Source: Neodothiora populina (taxonomy: Eukaryota). Taken from it: DNA of 64,000 nucleotides. Location of the stretch: contig NW_027191404.1 in the NCBI RefSeq assembly GCF_041146345.1, positions 1,364,001-1,428,000 of the forward strand. Reading direction: 5' to 3'. Positions within the stretch are counted from its first letter, which is position 1. Each line of letters opens with the position of its first letter. Positions 61,362 to 64,000 of the stretch are shown piece after piece. The notes below the pieces were generated by a model. That model worked only from the letters and a program-made list of their open reading frames with translations. It did not search any database and was not told the DNA's origin. The position numbers were made by a program, and so were the translations under genes.

Positions 61362-62684
61362 AGGTACCACTTTGCTTCCAGCATATGTCCCGTCACCACT
61401 AACCGTGATGTCTCCCTAGACTTGGGTCAGGTGTTGATGGTGCCGTGACGCACCAAAGCAATCTCGCTACAGCGATGATATCAACACATGCCTGGGCTCG
61501 GGAGAATCTGATGATCTTTCCTTTCTTTGCATTCAGCAGCCACGCCACCCAGCAGGATGTCCGAAGGGTAAACTGCACTGATGCTTAGCAGCATGACGGG
61601 CATGGGTTTTTGAAGTTTTCATGTCTTTTTCTTCTGGCGGGCGTTTTCTTCAGGCCTAATTACTTAACACTTAGCAGATCGGTCTAGACGGTTCGTCCGA
61701 CGCGAGCGAATGAACGATACACCGACGGACCGATATATCGAGAATCGAATCCCCAATTCCTTTCACACAACACTGTCGAACCGAACGACGCGTCCGACCC
61801 CCCACGAACCCCCCCCTCGCATATCCACGATCCTACGTCATGACCACTCTGTCTCTACGAACCTCTTTGCTCTCCTCCCCTCCGCCTCTTTAAGAACCCC
61901 GTCGTACCTTCCGATCGAGCGCAAGCCCCTCTTGTACCGCCTACCGTCATCGATATTACCTGATGGGTATGTGTTGCTAACACTTTGACTCTCTCCTCAA
62001 CGAGACCTTGCATTTCTGATGAGTGCTCTGAGGTGAACGTCATGTATATCAACTCGCATGACTTTCCTTCAGACTGCGATGTAGGATGGAGGTGTTGAAC
62101 AGCGCAGTCAGGCATGCAGTCCCTGCTCACCGTGTTACCATTTGTCTCACCAAGCCAAGTTCGTATCAAGATCGTTCGTTCACAATCATGTTTGGCTCCA
62201 ATTTTGCCATTTTTTGTAGTATGAGCCGAGGTGAGAATTTTGCTTGACGGCCATAACTTTTGGCCGACATTTGTGACACTGATATCATGTCACTATTGCA
62301 AGTGTACATGTAAATAACTCCGTCTTCCGCTATTGGAGCCTGCTGCACGGTATTTACTGGTCCCTCTAATTCTCGACGCAATATTGTCTCTTCGGAAATC
62401 TGGCAGATTTAGGTTGATAACTTTCCTCTTCTGATACAGAAAAACCGCGTGGTAGATGCTGGAGTATATGACAAAATCCGTAAGACGTTGCAGATCCTCT
62501 TGTTCACTTGGTACATTCTTGCTCATCAAGTCTCATCCCATCTCATGAAAACATCTCCGAATTTTCTCAATTTCTCCACCGAGTATAGCAGAGCGACTGT
62601 TTCAGATGGTGGTCAATGACCATTAAGGCGGGAAAACCCTTAACGTATATAAATGCAATGATCTACCACAATCCCATAATCAAA

Positions 62685-62793
62685 GGGCTTGTGGTCTAAT
62701 GGTATGACATCTTCTTAGCATCATTCAGTTTCTCATCCGAGCAACTGTGGTCCTGAGTGGAGAAGGTTCCGCGTTCGATTCGCGGCTAGTCCA
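62685..62793 (+). tRNA. tRNA-Ala (AGC) with 37-nt intron at 62721-62757
   Basis: GGGCTTG/CTAGTCC acceptor with the G3:U70 Ala determinant. Anticodon stem TCTTC/GGAGA and T arm CCGCG-TTCGATT-CGCGG. TATATAAA at 62646-62653 and a downstream T-run. Confidence 0.93.
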
Positions 62794-63450
62794 ATCATTT
62801 TTGCCTTTTTCCCAGTCTTCTCTTTCTCGTTTTTACCTTTCGTGCCGTGGTCGAAACGTGAGAGATGCTGTACAAGTATTCTTATGCCTTTATTTGCAAT
62901 CAGTAGAACTTGAAGCTGGTCGTGAGTAGCATGCTCCTTCGAGTAGAGGTCTTGACGTCGGCTTGGCGGATAGATCGACTCTATTCACCATAGCGATTAC
63001 CTTTCCATAACCACATACGGGCATCATCACTAGGTGCATTATCTATTTTCATACAATAGACGACAAGACAGCCTAGATCCATGTTATATCGGTCGTGAAC
63101 CATAGGACTTACCGCGTTACAAACTTCGATATGGAAGTGATAGCACCAGTACTGAGCTAACAAGTGGCCCAAGGTCCTACTAGCGAGAAGCAGGAGCAGC
63201 AATAAAATGATGAATACACACTCTGTCACTTGCACACCTCTATCTAGGAATTCAGCATCGAGTAAAGGCGAAGACAGGGACATGACTGCCATGTCGTCCA
63301 GCAGACACGACTTGCCTTATGTTCGACGACCGACAGACTACCTATAACGATCAACACTAAGGTAAGGTACTCAACCCGCTCCCCAAGCCTACCCAACCAC
63401 AGAAAAATACAAACGATATATAAGTAGGCGCGGGACATTTCATCAAATAG

Positions 63451-63540
63451 GGTCGGTTAGCTCAGTTGGTTAGAGCGTGGTGCTAATAGCTTCCGCTACA
63501 AGGCACGCCAAGGTCGCGGGTTCGACCCCCGTACTGACCA
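63451..63540 (+). tRNA. tRNA-Ile (AAT) with 16-nt intron at 63489-63504
   Basis: GGTCGGT/ACTGACC acceptor, TGGTG/CGCCA anticodon stem, GGTTCGACCC B box. TATATAA at 63417-63423 and TTTT terminator runs directly after. Confidence 0.96.
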
Positions 63541-63646
63541 TTTTATCTTTTTGTCTTCTTTTTGTCTTCTTTGTGTCTTCTCTCTTTCGCTATTGGTGAA
63601 TCGTTCCTCACGTGGGGGATTTTTTGACCCGAGGCTCTCTGGTTAG

Positions 63647-64000
63647 TTAGCATGTACATGCAAATGGGGAAAGTGTAATTATGTTAGATGATGTTTTGGC
63701 AGGCGGCATAGATGGGCTGCTAGTCGGGAACACGAGAGCCTGGGGGAGTGAGGAAGGAACGGTGTGGTATGGCATGGGTAGTAAGTAATTAGACACTCGT
63801 AACGTGTGTATCAAAGGTATATATCTATGTAAAACAAACGCGTAGTCTGGATCTCTAGATCTCTCGATCAATCTCCCAACCTCTATCATCTCCCAAACTC
63901 CTTGCTTCGTCCAGCTCATTGCAAACCAAAAAAAATAATTTAACTCATCGAGAACCGACTCCAACTCCTGATCTTTGCGCCATAGAAATAGAAAATCAAC
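63647..64000 (-). CDS. Possible 3' part of an unknown AT-rich gene entering from the window edge
   Basis: The frame is open from 64000 to the stop at 63647 (VDFLFLWRKDQELESVLDELNYFFWF...). No recognisable domain. Confidence 0.2.
   Translation of the reverse strand, partial: VDFLFLWRKDQELESVLDELNYFFWFAMSWTKQGVWEMIEVGRLIERSRDPDYAFVLHRYIPLIHTLRVSNYLLPMPYHTVPSSLPQALVFPTSSPSMPPAKTSSNIITLSPFACTC

Noticed and set aside
61509..61581. TGATGA...CTGA snoRNA-like boxes
   Set aside because: It lies in the probable 3' UTR of the SR gene, has no terminal stem, and has no rRNA-complementary guide I could identify.

Overview
Gene-dense eukaryotic DNA from a filamentous ascomycete. It has short GT-AG introns with CTRAY branch sites and intron-containing tRNAs. 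The proteins look Dothideomycete-like, possibly Aureobasidium, which is inference only. I could model 17 protein-coding genes, most with exact splice junctions. In order: AUR1 (IPC synthase), an Ace2/Swi5-type C2H2 factor, ubiquitin-eS31 (RPS31), a Zn2Cys6 factor, the clock gene frequency (frq), LTN1/RKR1, RAD3/XPD, RPA190, PRP3, a GH131 glucanase, a divergent KxDL-like protein, an AFG1/ZapE ATPase, GCN1, a DHX29-like helicase, a 198-aa uncharacterised protein, an FAD monooxygenase ending in PTS1, and an Srp1-like SR protein. There are also three tRNA genes (initiator Met, Ala-AGC, Ile-AAT). No transposon or CRISPR array is supported. The best leads are: (1) the 198-aa protein, which joins an MGFxGFG spliceosome-type motif to a TTDN1/MPLKIP-type YFxPSxxEDPW motif, making it a candidate fungal lariat-debranching adaptor; (2) the frq locus, with an intron where Neurospora starts short FRQ, a ~3 kb upstream region holding GATC clusters and a duplicated TCCGTACGGA palindrome, and a tandem Zn2Cys6 gene; (3) a +1 frameshift in the essential RPA190, most likely a homopolymer error; (4) AUR1 residues at aureobasidin-resistance positions. 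All family assignments come from recalled motifs; no database searches were run.
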